DNA of 37,622 bases from Chrysochromulina tobinii. Lineage: Eukaryota. Positions within the stretch are counted from its first letter, which is position 1; every line of letters starts with the position of its first letter. Below are positions 1-10,733 of this stretch, piece by piece. The position numbers and the translations under genes were made by a program. The notes below the pieces were generated by a model. The model searched no databases, had not been told where the DNA came from, and saw nothing but the letters and a program-made list of their open reading frames with translations. The stretch covers positions 1-37,622 of the forward strand of contig JWZX01003153.1 in assembly GCA_001275005.1 (NCBI GenBank). Direction: 5' to 3'.

Positions 1-1506
1 GGCCTCGGCGGCCTGGGCAGCCTCGGCGGCGAGCTCTTTCTGGCGCTCTTCTTCCAGCTTGCGATGTATCTCCTCCTGCTTGCGGCGTTCCAACTCGTGC
101 AAGCTGAGGCCGAGGGCCTTGGGCTTCTTCGCAGAGGTGATGAAGGGAGGGGGGTGCTTCTCGTGATCGACGCCGGATTCGCCTGGGCTGACTAGGACGA
201 AGCCGCCAGCAGGCCTCGAGAGTGGGTCGAAGGCCCCTGTATCGACGGTCGTGTGGCCTTTGGGTGGCCTGAGCAGCAGAAGCGGCGCCGGCATGCCCCC
301 GATGCCCCCGATGCCCCAGATGCTCTCGTAGACACCGCAAATCAGCCGCCGCTGCTGCGATTCGCTCAGCGCGACCGTGTGGACGGCGACGTTGGCAAGG
401 TAGCCACGCAGGTAGTGCAGATTGTCTGTTGGGCTGCCGTGCTCAGCGACGACGTGCGCCCCGAACCGTAACGGGTGGCTCCGCCACGCGTCTATGGCGA
501 TCGGCGCGGTTCCACCCACGACGCGCATCCGAGCCCCCTTGGTGGCATCCGAAAAGCCCTGGGTTTCGTCAGTGCTCGCGAGGAGCTCGCCGTCCACATA
601 CAGGGCAGCGTGGCCCGCGGTGTCGCGCGTCGCGGCCACAAAGTGCCAGCGGCCTGGCGTGAGCACCTGTTCGCGCGTCGCGAGCTCCTCGCAGCCCGAG
701 TGACTGTTGCCCCACGACAGGAAGAGTTGCCCCGAGTTGGTATTCCACGCGTTCGCAAAGAGGGCGATGCCGTTATGAGAGCCATCGACTTCACACCCTG
801 AGGCCTTGCTGCTGATCAGCGTCTGGATCGAGCGCACCTCATTGGGGTTCGACGGCAGCGCGAGCTGCACCCACATGCTCAGCGTGAATGGTTCCGTGCC
901 GCTCGTAAGGGACGTCAAGACCTCGAGGTCGAGGAACGAGCCCTCAGGGAAGGCGAGCGCCTGTGTGCCGGCCGGTGGTACGTCTCGCCTGCCCCCTTGC
1001 AGGCACGCCGCCAGATCCGGGTCAATCGCTGCGCCACTCGCGTCTGCTGCTGCTGCTGCTGACGCTGCTGCTGACGCTGCTGCTGCTGCCGTTGCTGCTG
1101 CTGATGATGATGATGATGATGATGATGCTGCTGCTGCTGATGATGATGATGATGCCGTGCCTTCTGCGGCTATGCTACCGGCTGAGGCAGCAGTGGCACC
1201 TGCTGCTGCTGATGCGCTCGCCGCCCGTCCTGCTGCTGCTGCCTCTGCTACTGTTGCCCCGACTGGAGTAGTGTCCTTGGCACTCGCTGCCTCGAGCGCC
1301 ACCTGCCGGTTGTCGCTGGCAGTGGACTGCGCTGTGTAGAGGAACCAGATGCCGTAAAGCGAGAGCACGGCGAGCAGCAGAAGCGGGAGCTGGCTGCGAA
1401 ACGAGGGTGGCTTGGATTTTGCAGTGCCACGCTTGGTGAGCGGTCGCACCACTTGGGAGACTTTGGGGGGTGTTCGAGGGCCGCCGCTCGAGCCACCACC
1501 GTTCAT
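1..1506 (-). CDS. Type II membrane protein with Ala/Ser-rich stem and LamG/concanavalin-A-like domain; 3' end runs off the window (possibly a Golgi/ER glyco-enzyme)
   Basis: Not in the ORF track because its stop lies outside the window. I read a stop-free minus frame from ATG at 1506 to base 1: MNGGGSSGGP..., TM segment LPLLLLAVLSLYGIWFLY, Ala/Ser linker (GCT/GAT repeats), LamG motifs FTLSMWV, GRWHFVAAT, ALYVDGELL, LRFGAH, YLRGYLANVAVHTVALSESQ, then a charged helix ELERRKQEEIHRKLEEERQKE. Confidence 0.85.
   Translation of the reverse strand, partial: MNGGGSSGGPRTPPKVSQVVRPLTKRGTAKSKPPSFRSQLPLLLLAVLSLYGIWFLYTAQSTASDNRQVALEAASAKDTTPVGATVAEAAAAGRAASASAAAGATAASAGSIAAEGTASSSSSAAAASSSSSSSSAAATAAAAASAAASAAAAADASGAAIDPDLAACLQGGRRDVPPAGTQALAFPEGSFLDLEVLTSLTSGTEPFTLSMWVQLALPSNPNEVRSIQTLISSKASGCEVDGSHNGIALFANAWNTNSGQLFLSWGNSHSGCEELATREQVLTPGRWHFVAATRDTAGHAALYVDGELLASTDETQGFSDATKGARMRVVGGTAPIAIDAWRSHPLRFGAHVVAEHGSPTDNLHYLRGYLANVAVHTVALSESQQRRLICGVYESIWGIGGIGGMPAPLLLLRPPKGHTTVDTGAFDPLSRPAGGFVLVSPGESGVDHEKHPPPFITSAKKPKALGLSLHELERRKQEEIHRKLEEERQKELAAEAAQAAEA
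1045..1155. repeat. Mixed (GCT)n/(GAT)n trinucleotide repeat encoding the poly-Ala/poly-Ser linker
   Basis: Directly visible; in frame with the 1..1506 minus CDS (GCA/TCA codons). Confidence 0.9.
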
Positions 1507-1597
1507 GGGGAGGCCGTGGGACGCAATCGCGATGCGAAAAGTGATGCGACGCCGTCGCAACTTGAGCGCGGACCTTTGTGACGTGTCGACACATATT

Positions 1598-2161
1598 TTA
1601 TGTCCTATAAAGGTTTTCCCGGATGGCCTCTTGCCCTCGAAGCGCCTCGCAGCGCGACAAGATCAGCTTCCGCTGCAGCTTGCTCGTGACACGGAGCTCG
1701 AGCAGGTCCTCGTCATCGAGCTTGAGGAGAAGGCGGCCATCAACTCGGGCGTCGGCAAAGGCGCTGACATGCACGTCCAAACCGAGGTCCCTAAGCCACT
1801 CGCTCACCGCGTTCTCATTCCAGGTGTCTGCTAGGAGAGCTCCTCGTGCCTCTCTGGCGTCTGCAGCAGGTGGCCCCGGCGTCCTGACAGCTGAGCGGGA
1901 CACCAGCCGAGCCGCACCGTCGTCAGTCACTCGACCCTTGAGGCTCAGCATCGACACGAAGCGCTCGAGCTCGTCCCAGCCTTCGCTGAGCACCTCGGCC
2001 AGCTTGTTACCATTGGAGTCCACTTGTCTCTCATAGAATCTCGATCGCACGTACGTTACTGAAAAAGCTCGTTGTTCAGGCACGCTGGCCTGCGCGGCAC
2101 GGATGGCGCGGCGATAGAGCTGTCGAACGGCCGCGCGCTGCATTGGATTGAGGCGCAGCAT
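1598..2161 (-). CDS. LYR-motif (Complex1_LYR-like) protein fused to a C-terminal SAM domain
   Basis: AVRQLYRRAIRAA...YVRSRF...EGWDELE (LYRM pattern); WNENAVSEWLRDLGL...AFADARVDGRLLLKLDDEDLLELRVTSKLQRKLIL (SAM). Start at 2161 (MLRLNP) or 2143. Confidence 0.8.
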   Translation of the reverse strand: MLRLNPMQRAAVRQLYRRAIRAAQASVPEQRAFSVTYVRSRFYERQVDSNGNKLAEVLSEGWDELERFVSMLSLKGRVTDDGAARLVSRSAVRTPGPPAADAREARGALLADTWNENAVSEWLRDLGLDVHVSAFADARVDGRLLLKLDDEDLLELRVTSKLQRKLILSRCEALRGQEAIRENLYRT

Positions 2162-2374
2162 ATGTATGTAAGTACTTAAAGTCGGCGCGAGGAGGTGTCG
2201 TCGTGCGTGTGCTCGCGTGCTCCGCTCGGCAAAATCGAGCACCCGATGAATGACACGCCGTTTCGAGCGCCGAAACTTGTTAGCCGCCATGTTGTGTTGA
2301 AAGCAGAAGCACTTGTTTGCGTTCGGTTTCGGGGGGAAATAGGGAACAAACCTAAGCACTGATGGTTACGTGTT

Positions 2375-4112
2375 TCATAGCGGTGCCGCGGAGGGAGTGA
2401 GCTGCACCTGCATGCGCTCGCGCACGGCCCACGGCTCATCGACTTGCAAGGCAGGGGTAGGTGACGGCGCTGCGGAAGGGGATAGGTTGTCAAAACCTTG
2501 CGGTATGGGCTTCTTCAGCCCACCTGCCTTCTTCAGCAGATTCACGCCTTTGCGGAGCTTATCGGCCGCGTTCGACTCCTTAGTGGAACCGCCGACGCCC
2601 ATGGTCAGGTCGGGCTTGCTCTCCTGCCGGGCGCCGAACTTGCTCGGCTTGATCCCGTTGAGCTTGTCCTGCTGGCTCTTGATCTTCCAGGACAGCGCGT
2701 TGAGCGCGTCGACGGTTTGTTTCTCGTACGTGCGCAGCTCGAGCAGCACGACCTGGAGATCAGTGGTCAGGCGCGACGTCTCCTGTCTTCGCCGCTCTTC
2801 GGCCTCTCGCTGCATCCTCTCCGCATCCTGCGCAAAATCGAGCGCCCCGTTGGCCTTCTGCTTGAGAAGCGCGTTCTCCTGCTGCAGCCGTACATTCTCT
2901 GTCTGTGAGCGTGCCAGCCGGAGCGCCGTGTCCTTAAGCTCGTCGCGCAGCTGCTTCTCTATCGCCCGGTGTTCCTCGAGCTCCTCGGCCGCACTCGCTG
3001 CCTGCTCAGCGAGCTCTCTAATCTCGCCCAGCTGCTCCCACGCCTGCGCGCAGCTCTCCTCGAGCGCCTCCAGCTCGTCGATCAGTAGCACCTCGCGCAC
3101 TAGGTGCGAGGCCGCATCCCCCGAGTAGATGGCTTGGAGCTTGGCCCACGCGTCCACACGTGCGGCGTGGCTTTCCGCCAACTGCCCCTTGTAAGAGAGT
3201 ACCTGCATGTAGAGTTTGTCCACTTCGGCCTGCTGCGCGCGGCGCGCGCCCTCGGCGCCGTCCGCCTCGCGCCGAAGGCGGAGCTGGTGTGCCTTGGTGC
3301 TCGTGAGCTCATACTCGACGTTGGCGTTCTCGTCGCGCAGATCCTGGAGAGCCTGCTTCGACTCGTCGAGCTGTGCGGCGAGCTGCGCGTTCGCCGCCTC
3401 GAGCGCCTTCAGCTTTCCCTCTTGCTGCTCGAGCTTGTTGCGCGCATCGATCATGCCCATATGCGATTGGCGCGCCCTCTGCTCCATGTCCTTGACTCGG
3501 GGCGTGTCGGCCATACGTATCCTCTCGATGGTCTGCGACTGCTCGGCCAGCTCGGCCCGCAAGGCATCCTCGACGGCCTGCGCCGAGGCCGCTTTCATGA
3601 TCGCGTCCTCCATCTGCAGCCGCACCGAGAGCGTCTTGTTGAACGCTGCCTGCGCCTCCCGCGCACTCTCGCGCATCTGGACGGTCGCCTGGCGCGAGGC
3701 GGTCACTGCTTCCGAGAGTGCCTCGGCGTCGGCGACCGCCTTCTCTCGCGCCTTGTTGAGCTCATGCTCGAGGCCCTCTGCTTGGGTCCTCGCTCGCACG
3801 GCCTCCTGTGCACATCGCTCGCGCTCGGAGTCGAGGGCCTCGTCGCGCCGATGAAGCGCCGCCGCGTGGGCCTTGGCGGCGTCGAGAGCCCGGGTGGCCG
3901 CGTCCGCAGTCTGCTTGCTCGTGAGGGCGCTCTCCCGCGCCTTGGCGGCGAGCGTGGCGAGCGGCGCCGCATGCGCAAGGAGCTCGGAGAGGAGTGTGGA
4001 AAGGATGAGGCCGAGCTGCCCGTCGAGCTGCCCTACCTTGGGGGCCACGCGGCCCAGCAGGGCAGCCGCATAGAGCTCGACACGTGCGCGCAGCCGCTCC
4101 TCCTCGGGCACC

Positions 4113-4155
<43 letters not shown>

Positions 4156-5035
4156 TGCTGCTGCTACTGCTATTAGCGCCGCCGCTCGCTCGCTGAGCCA
4201 TCTCGTGCGCTAGCTCCTCCTCCCGACTCAACTGCGCTGCCAGTGCCTGCTGCAATGGCTCGAGGACGTCGTTCACGTGGAAACGCTTAGGCTGCGGCCG
4301 GCGCTGGAGCGCCGCCTCCGACGCCACCTGACGCAGCCAGCGCTGCGCCTCGCCCCCGGCACCGCCCGGCCGTTGCGCGTCAAAGTCGGCGGCGCGAAGC
4401 TCACGAAGCTCCTCCGGTGTCAGGTGGGGCGTTTGTGGAAGCAGCGAGGGGTTGAGCGTGTACACCATCGAGTACGGCGAAAGCTTGACGGCGCCTAGGG
4501 CCGCGCTCGGGTCGGCGCGCGGGTCGGCGCCGCCAACGGCCACACTTGGCGATTCGTGCAAGTGCTCCAACGCGACCCGCTGCTGCCTCTTCTCCATGAC
4601 GCGCTGCGGGTTGAGTCGCTTGCCGTGGCTCGCCACATCGTCCTTGAGCGCGTCCGTTGCGTCGTGCGCGATGCGAACGTGCCGCGCGCTCGAGCTCGGC
4701 ACGCTGCTCATCGCCGACGTTGCCGTCGCCTGTGCTGTTGACAGCTGCGAAGTGCCAGCCGGTACCCGCAGAGGAGCCAGCGATGACTCGCCAGCGCCGG
4801 AGCTCCCGACAGTCCGCGCGACCGGAAACGCAGCCCTTGGTGGTTCCACCATCGTCTTCGACCCGACTACGGTTGACACTCCTGGCGAGAGCACAGGCAG
4901 CTTTGCCGACTTCTTGGGTGACGGCGACAGCTGCGGCTGCGGCTCCGCAAGCGACTTCGCCCGCGCCCCGGAGACGAGGCCCGAGTCGAGCAGCAATTCC
5001 GCGGTCGTAGACGTGCATGAGTACATGACGACCAT
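2375..5035 (-). CDS. Large coiled-coil protein (886 aa) with low-complexity N-terminus and poly-Gly tract
   Basis: Long ORF with GC3-rich codon usage and a heptad-rich E/A/L/R/Q region over roughly residues 360-810; no family recognised. Confidence 0.8.
4113..4170. repeat. (GCC)n/(GCT)n repeat encoding a poly-Gly/Ser tract
   Basis: ccgccgccg... run inside the 886-aa CDS. Confidence 0.9.
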
Positions 5036-5779
5036 GGCTTCTTCGACGGAGAGAGGGACAGCGGCCTTCTAGCTCGGACAAAGGTCGGCTTCGTACGAAG
5101 ACGACTTCATCTTTCACGTCTCTGAAACCGCTGGAACCGGCACTGAAACAACTACTGAAACCGAAAGTGTCGCTACGATGTGGCGACAGACACATCTAGT
5201 GCGGATGCTAGGTGCTTTATGCATGGTTCCGTATGCGGATTGCGGAGACCGAGTTCGCCAGACTACGGTCTCTCGCGGACGCGAGGGACCGCCGACGCGC
5301 CGAGCAACAGCAAGCCGCCGAGGAGTGCAGGGCCAGGGCCGGCTGGGGGTGGGGCTGGCAGGCGAAGGTGCTGCGTGCCGGTGGGGACCGAGACAACCCG
5401 CCGAGCGTTTGTACGCGATACCCGCTGTCCCCGCATCCGCGACACACCAAACGTGCGGGAAATTAGCGGGAAAAACACGACAAAACGTGCGCGCGCTCGC
5501 TCGCGCGTCGCGGCGCGGAGAAGCGTTTAATCCACACGTACATAGCAATCTGATAATCAATTGGAATTGCTTTCAATTGCTGATAACAAGTTGGCTGATA
5601 ATACTCGAACACGCTGACGTAACGCGACACGTTCAAACAGATGCACTGGTTTCAGGACTGAACATGAGTATGATCAAATTGCACGTTACTTGTACTCGTG
5701 AAAGGTACGGAGAGTTCATGGTATGTTGGTATCATCGAGAGAGTGGACCACGATAAGTCGACATGATGAGTTGCTCTGC

Positions 5780-6418
5780 TCAAAAGACGAGCTTCTTCGA
5801 AACGTCGGGCGAGTTCACAAGGATGGCACTCTTGCGCGCGACGCTGCGCGACAGATCGCGCGTAGTCATGCCGCTTCCAGGCACCCGCTTGCTCTGCTCC
5901 AGCCTTGGCGAGCCCGGCGCGGCAAGAAGCTTGCCGGACATTGGATGACCCGTCGCTCGCGGTACCAAGAAGATGGGCGCCGGCTCGACGACGATTGACT
6001 TGCGCGCGACCGCGGTCGCGGCATCGAGGTCATGTTGGATCGCTGTGATCGCGCCGACGACTGCGTCGAAATCCCGCTCCTTTTGGGCGAGCAGCGCCTT
6101 GATCTCATCGAGGCCGCAATCCATCTTGCCGGACCACCGATCCGCGAGCACTGCTGTCGTCTCGACGTCCTCTTTGAGTTGCACCAGCTCGCGCTCGAGA
6201 CGCCCGTGCCAGTGATGCAAGCCCTCCAGGGTGAGCTTGGCCGCACTCGCAGGTGACTCCTCGAGAACCACCTTGTGCAAGCCTTCTCGTCGCGACGCGC
6301 TCGGCGTGAACGCGGGAATCGCATGCGGTTTCGCTGGCGTGAACGTGGCGGGGGCGCGCGGCTCGGCGACGCCTGCCAGAAGCGCATCGTCAGCTGGATC
6401 GATCTCCATTGCGAACAT
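5780..6418 (-). CDS. Hypothetical protein with short coiled coil
   Basis: MFAMEIDPADD... ATG at 6418; helical segment RLERELVQLKEDVE...DEIKALLAQKERDFD; coding-like codon bias. Confidence 0.6.
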   Translation of the reverse strand: MFAMEIDPADDALLAGVAEPRAPATFTPAKPHAIPAFTPSASRREGLHKVVLEESPASAAKLTLEGLHHWHGRLERELVQLKEDVETTAVLADRWSGKMDCGLDEIKALLAQKERDFDAVVGAITAIQHDLDAATAVARKSIVVEPAPIFLVPRATGHPMSGKLLAAPGSPRLEQSKRVPGSGMTTRDLSRSVARKSAILVNSPDVSKKLVF

Positions 6419-6657
6419 GGCTGACCCTTCCACTCTGCAGACTATCGCGTGTCGTCCGACGTTTTTCTCAAAACAAGAGTTTTCCTGACGGGGCGGAAAG
6501 TAAACAGGCAGAAGCGCCGCCGATAATAGATTTCCTCGAGGCAATTGGGCGAACTTGCTTTTTTCGGAATGAAGCGGCTAGCTTGCCCGCACGCGACGCA
6601 GGCATACCGTGTCGACATTTATTCGCCCTTGGCGCGGTTGAAAAGGCAACGTCGAAG

Positions 6658-8364
6658 ATGGTACGGGTCCCTCCGCCGCACCGGCCGCTGTCGGCGGCAC
6701 CTCGCCTGGCGCAGGACTATGAAGGCCATGGGCTGCATGCACCGTTCCCGTACGACCGGGGCTATCGCCACGACTCTGATCGTCCCGTCACGCCCAAGGA
6801 ACCCGCCACGCGGCTTCCGCCACCCGCGCGGCCACCAGAGACAACCGTTCCTGCTGATGATCCTGCTGATGATCCTGCTGATGCTCCTGCTGATGCTTCT
6901 GCTCCTTCGGAAGCAGCACCACCCAGGAGCAGGAAAAGCAAAACAAAGGTCAAAGTGCCTACTTTCACCATCCACGCGCACATCCGCGAGAAGACCATTC
7001 CCATCCAGGCTGGCGAGGGCAGCCAATGCATCTACTGGCTTGGTGCGACTGCCGTCCGCCGCTATGTCTCACAGCCCTTTTCGTACACATCTCCGTACTC
7101 CGAGGAGCTCACCTGCAAGGCCATCATCGCTGATGACGGTGCTCACCTCGAGCGCTCGGCGCGCGTGCGCGACGAGCTCGAGGATGGTGCGCACGTCTGG
7201 ATTGACGTGGGCGACGGCGCTCCACTCAGCCGGGTGCATTCACGTTCCCTTCCCGAGCGAGGGATCTTCGAGCCGCCAGGGAGCTGCGGGTACCAGGAGC
7301 AGATTGGCTGGGAGGCTACGCCTGCTGACATCTTCGACGAGGAAGTCGTGGGCATTGATCCACGGCAGACGATGCGCTACACGCGCACGGTCATCGCGGA
7401 CCAGCCATCATTCAAGGAGTGGCAGATGCGTCATGCCGCGTCGTCTTCCTCGCAGGACGGGCTCTTCGACATCTTCAATCGCACGTGGCAGCAGGTGGCG
7501 CAAGACGAGGTGGGTGAAATGCCCAATGCGTCGTCCTGGATGGGTGAGGTCAAGAGCGTCTTCTGGCATAATTTCGAGTCCCTCAAGTATGTTTTCAGCT
7601 GCCACGCGTCTGTGACCGTCGATCCGAGTAAGCCGCCTGAAATGTCGCTCCTCGAATTCTGGGCCATCTGCAAGCGTTGCGCGCTGCCTTCGCCGTGGCT
7701 CAACCTGAACAAGATCAATCGATTCTTCATGCGCAAGGGCGCAGTTCCGGATATTAGGGACTTGAAAGGCCCGCACGATGGGCGGAAGACCATCGACCTG
7801 CCCAAGTTCCTCGGGACGCTCGTGCGTATCTCCGTGCTGCGGGAACAGGGCGGAAAGGGGGAGTTGCCCATGTGCGTGACTCATCTCATCCAAGGGATGC
7901 TGACGCTCACGCCGGGGTTCGAGACGTTTGAACCGGAGAAAGCCGCATATGCGCCCTTTTCGTCGTCGGCGGTTCGGCAGAAGCTCACGATGCATGAGTC
8001 ACGCCTGAAAAAGCTCTTCAAGCACTGGGCGAAGCTCGACGAGACGCGTGAGACGATTCAGCTGTCCGAGTTCCTCCAGATGATGGCTAAGGCTGATGTC
8101 ATGGGGCCGGACCTAACCGAGGTGCAGCTCAAAATGGCCTTCGTGCACGCTATGCTTGGTGCTCACGATGGCGTGTTCGAAACATGGCAAGAGGCGGGGG
8201 AGCAGGCGTGCTCAGAGATCCTCTTCTCCGAGTTCGTCGATGTGATCATGAGGGTGGCGCTATTAAAGTTTGAGTGGGACACGGCGACCACTATCGACAT
8301 CAAGGTGCACGAGCTGTGCCTGATCCTCATCTTCGGGCCTGGCGGACGGGCCATCAATCTTTGA
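6658..8364 (+). CDS. Protein with an N-terminal beta-grasp (Par3/HAL-N-like) domain and degenerate EF-hand-like helical repeats
   Basis: FTIHAHIREKTIPIQAGEGSQCIYWLGATAVRRY...RVRDELEDGAHVWIDV; two similar units LKYVFSCHA..MSLLEFWAICK..IDLPKFLGTLVRIS and LKKLFKHWA..IQLSEFLQMM..ILFSEFVDVIMRVA. ATG at 6658. Confidence 0.7.
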   Translation: MVRVPPPHRPLSAAPRLAQDYEGHGLHAPFPYDRGYRHDSDRPVTPKEPATRLPPPARPPETTVPADDPADDPADAPADASAPSEAAPPRSRKSKTKVKVPTFTIHAHIREKTIPIQAGEGSQCIYWLGATAVRRYVSQPFSYTSPYSEELTCKAIIADDGAHLERSARVRDELEDGAHVWIDVGDGAPLSRVHSRSLPERGIFEPPGSCGYQEQIGWEATPADIFDEEVVGIDPRQTMRYTRTVIADQPSFKEWQMRHAASSSSQDGLFDIFNRTWQQVAQDEVGEMPNASSWMGEVKSVFWHNFESLKYVFSCHASVTVDPSKPPEMSLLEFWAICKRCALPSPWLNLNKINRFFMRKGAVPDIRDLKGPHDGRKTIDLPKFLGTLVRISVLREQGGKGELPMCVTHLIQGMLTLTPGFETFEPEKAAYAPFSSSAVRQKLTMHESRLKKLFKHWAKLDETRETIQLSEFLQMMAKADVMGPDLTEVQLKMAFVHAMLGAHDGVFETWQEAGEQACSEILFSEFVDVIMRVALLKFEWDTATTIDIKVHELCLILIFGPGGRAINL

Positions 8365-8776
8365 GGTTCGAACCGTGCTCTCAGAGTCATTCGGTCTCGG
8401 TCGCACAAGCTCGGTGGGTGTCGGGCATGAACGGAAGCAGGCAGAATTATGTGCTGCCAGGTGTGAATCGCCGGGAGGGGGGGACGGAACTCGAATACAT
8501 GTGTAGTAAGAGCGCATTTGAGTAATTCAGTAACGGACCGGACCCTCTACAGGTACAGCTGCGGTAAGTGGGGCGCGGGGGACGAGAGCGCGCGCGCCCG
8601 GAACGCTGAAGCCAAGCTCTGTGGTTCCTCAGTTGCATCATTCAAAACCGTGTTGGTGAGGAGCCACTAGGCCAGGCGACGTCGGGGGTAAGCCGCTGTA
8701 GCGCCCGCGCAAAACTTGTCCGGGCCACTTTGGGCTCTTTGAACTTCGCGGAAAATTTCGAGAGCCACACCACAAA

Positions 8777-10733
8777 ATGCCACTCGACACTGCCGCTCTC
8801 TGGGAGCTAGGCTGGCTTCGCGAGCAGGGCGTTCTCACAGAGGAAGAGTTCAAGGAGCAGAAGGCGCGGGTGCTGCAACAGCAGTGGATCCTCGCAGATG
8901 GTGCAGCTTCATCACAGGCTGCACTAGCCGAGGTTGCCCACGCCGAGAGGACAACACTGGTGCAGCATCCCGATGAGCAGGCTGAGTATCGGCAGCGGGC
9001 GCCCACGTCAGTCGTCTCATATGCGGTCGCGATCGGCACAACCAACATTGGTTGAGGCGGCGCGGCAGGAACCCATCAACCCTGCTTTTACCGCGTTGAC
9101 GCTTGATCAGGAGAAGTCCCAAAACGCACTGCAGGAGAAGCAGCGCCGGCAGGAAGAGCGGCGGCGCGAGGAAGCCCAGCGCAGGACTGAACAGGAGCAG
9201 CAGAAGCAGCTCGAAGAAAGACGTCGCAACGAGGCGCTGCGCCAGCGCCAGGAGCAGCAGCGTTTGGAGCGCGAGCGCCTCAATCGCGAGCGCCAGGAGC
9301 AGATCAACCTGCAGGAGCATGTTGCGTTTGATGAGGAGCAGCAACGACTGCAGCGGCAACGGTGGCGCGAGGAGGAGGAGGAGCGCCAGCGGCACGAGGA
9401 ACAAGCGCGCCGCTCCGCACCAGCACCAACACCAACCCCAATACCTGGTGTCAGCCCCTCGGCTGTTGCTGACGCCGCGACGCAACCGAGGAGCCAGAGT
9501 GCCCGCCGTTCCGTCACGCCGCCGCCAAGGGTAGCGGTGCCGCACTCACCCGAGTCTGGCGCGGGGTCGGCGTCACCCGGCGTATTGCGGGCTCAAACGC
9601 TGAGCAGCGCCAGCAGCAACCGCTTTCATGCAGGGGGGACTCCGCGATCTCGCTCTTTTGAGCGGCCGGCGGCGCGACAGATGCTCACGAGCGTCAGCAC
9701 AACCTCGCCTCTGCGCTCGCCCTCGCAGCTGACGGCCTCGCCTCCGACGCCGCGCTTCGGGTTGACCTTTGGCCCTGATAGTACGGCGAGTCCCGCGATT
9801 GTGCGCAAGGCGGAGGGCCAGCTGCGCCTCGATGTGCACGCGGCAGCGCAGGCGGCTCGCAAACAACTGGTCAAGGTGCAGAACCTTCTGCCCGTGGTAG
9901 AGGAGGCCGCCTCCCAGGCAGTCGCGGCGACTCAGATCGCTGCCAGTGCCCTTCGCGCGAACCCGAGGCTCAAGAATCCGGCCACCAATGCGGCGGCTTT
10001 CAATTCCGAAGCGGTTCGCCACGCGCTGCGAGCACTCGCAAACGCCGGTGATAACTCGACCTACTCGATGGAGCGCCGTGTCGCCGAGCTTCAGCAGTGC
10101 GCCGAGCAACTGAGCGCCATCGTGGAAGAACTAGAGACCATGATGCCTGCGGGGGCGGTGCCCCCCGGCGCGAAGCCCTTTCACATCTCGTCGACTGCCA
10201 GTGGGCGGCAGAACGCCACAGCGCTACGTAGCCCAACGTTTGAACGCTACGGCGAGCACAGCTCCCTCACACCGGGCACGCTCTCGTCTGATCACGCCTT
10301 TCCTTTACATCACGACACGCTCGTCACGTTGGTCACGCCCACCGCATCCGTAGCGCATGATAATCTGAGGCTTTCAATGGGCGACGCGGTGCAGCGGGCG
10401 CAGCATAATGTGAGAACTGCCCAGGACGTGTGCAAATTCGCGGTGGAGCAGCTGCGCATCGTACGCACTGCGCTCATCAACACCCGAGGCCAAGTGCAGG
10501 TCGCCCAAGCCAAAATGGCCTCCGACCGCCTCGGCCGGCTTCGGTTCGATCCGACGGCAAATCCCGCGACCGTCTCGCCCAACAAGACGCGTGCGCCATA
10601 CACGGCGGACATTGGTCCATATGTGGACGGACGTTCGCCCGTCACCGGCGCTGGAGCTCGATGGCCGCAACCGTCCGCCTCGCCGCCGGAACGCAAGGGT
10701 GTGGCGGTGGGCCGACAGTTCGCAAGGATCTAG
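8777..10733 (+). CDS. SHOCT-domain coiled-coil protein; probably two exons (8777-8932, 9069-10733)
   Basis: Exon 1 has the SHOCT-like LWELGWLREQGVLTEEEFKEQKARVL. A GAG|GTTGCC...CGCGGCAG|GAACCC intron (8933-9068, 136 nt) joins it in frame to the E/R/Q coiled-coil and S/P-rich ORF. An alternative acceptor at 9056 is also in frame. Confidence 0.65.

Noticed and set aside
806..1339. Plus-strand ORFs with poly-Asp/Ala and poly-Leu/Met
   Set aside because: Antisense shadows of the GCT/GAT repeat in the real minus-strand LamG gene.
2370..4213. Long antisense ORFs (252, 369 and 212 aa) and similar ones elsewhere
   Set aside because: Typical stop-poor shadows of GC3-rich coding strands; no recognisable motifs.
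9045..9060. GGT-TGA as a second programmed +1 frameshift site
   Set aside because: A normal-sized in-frame GT..CAG intron (8933-9068) explains the frame change more simply.
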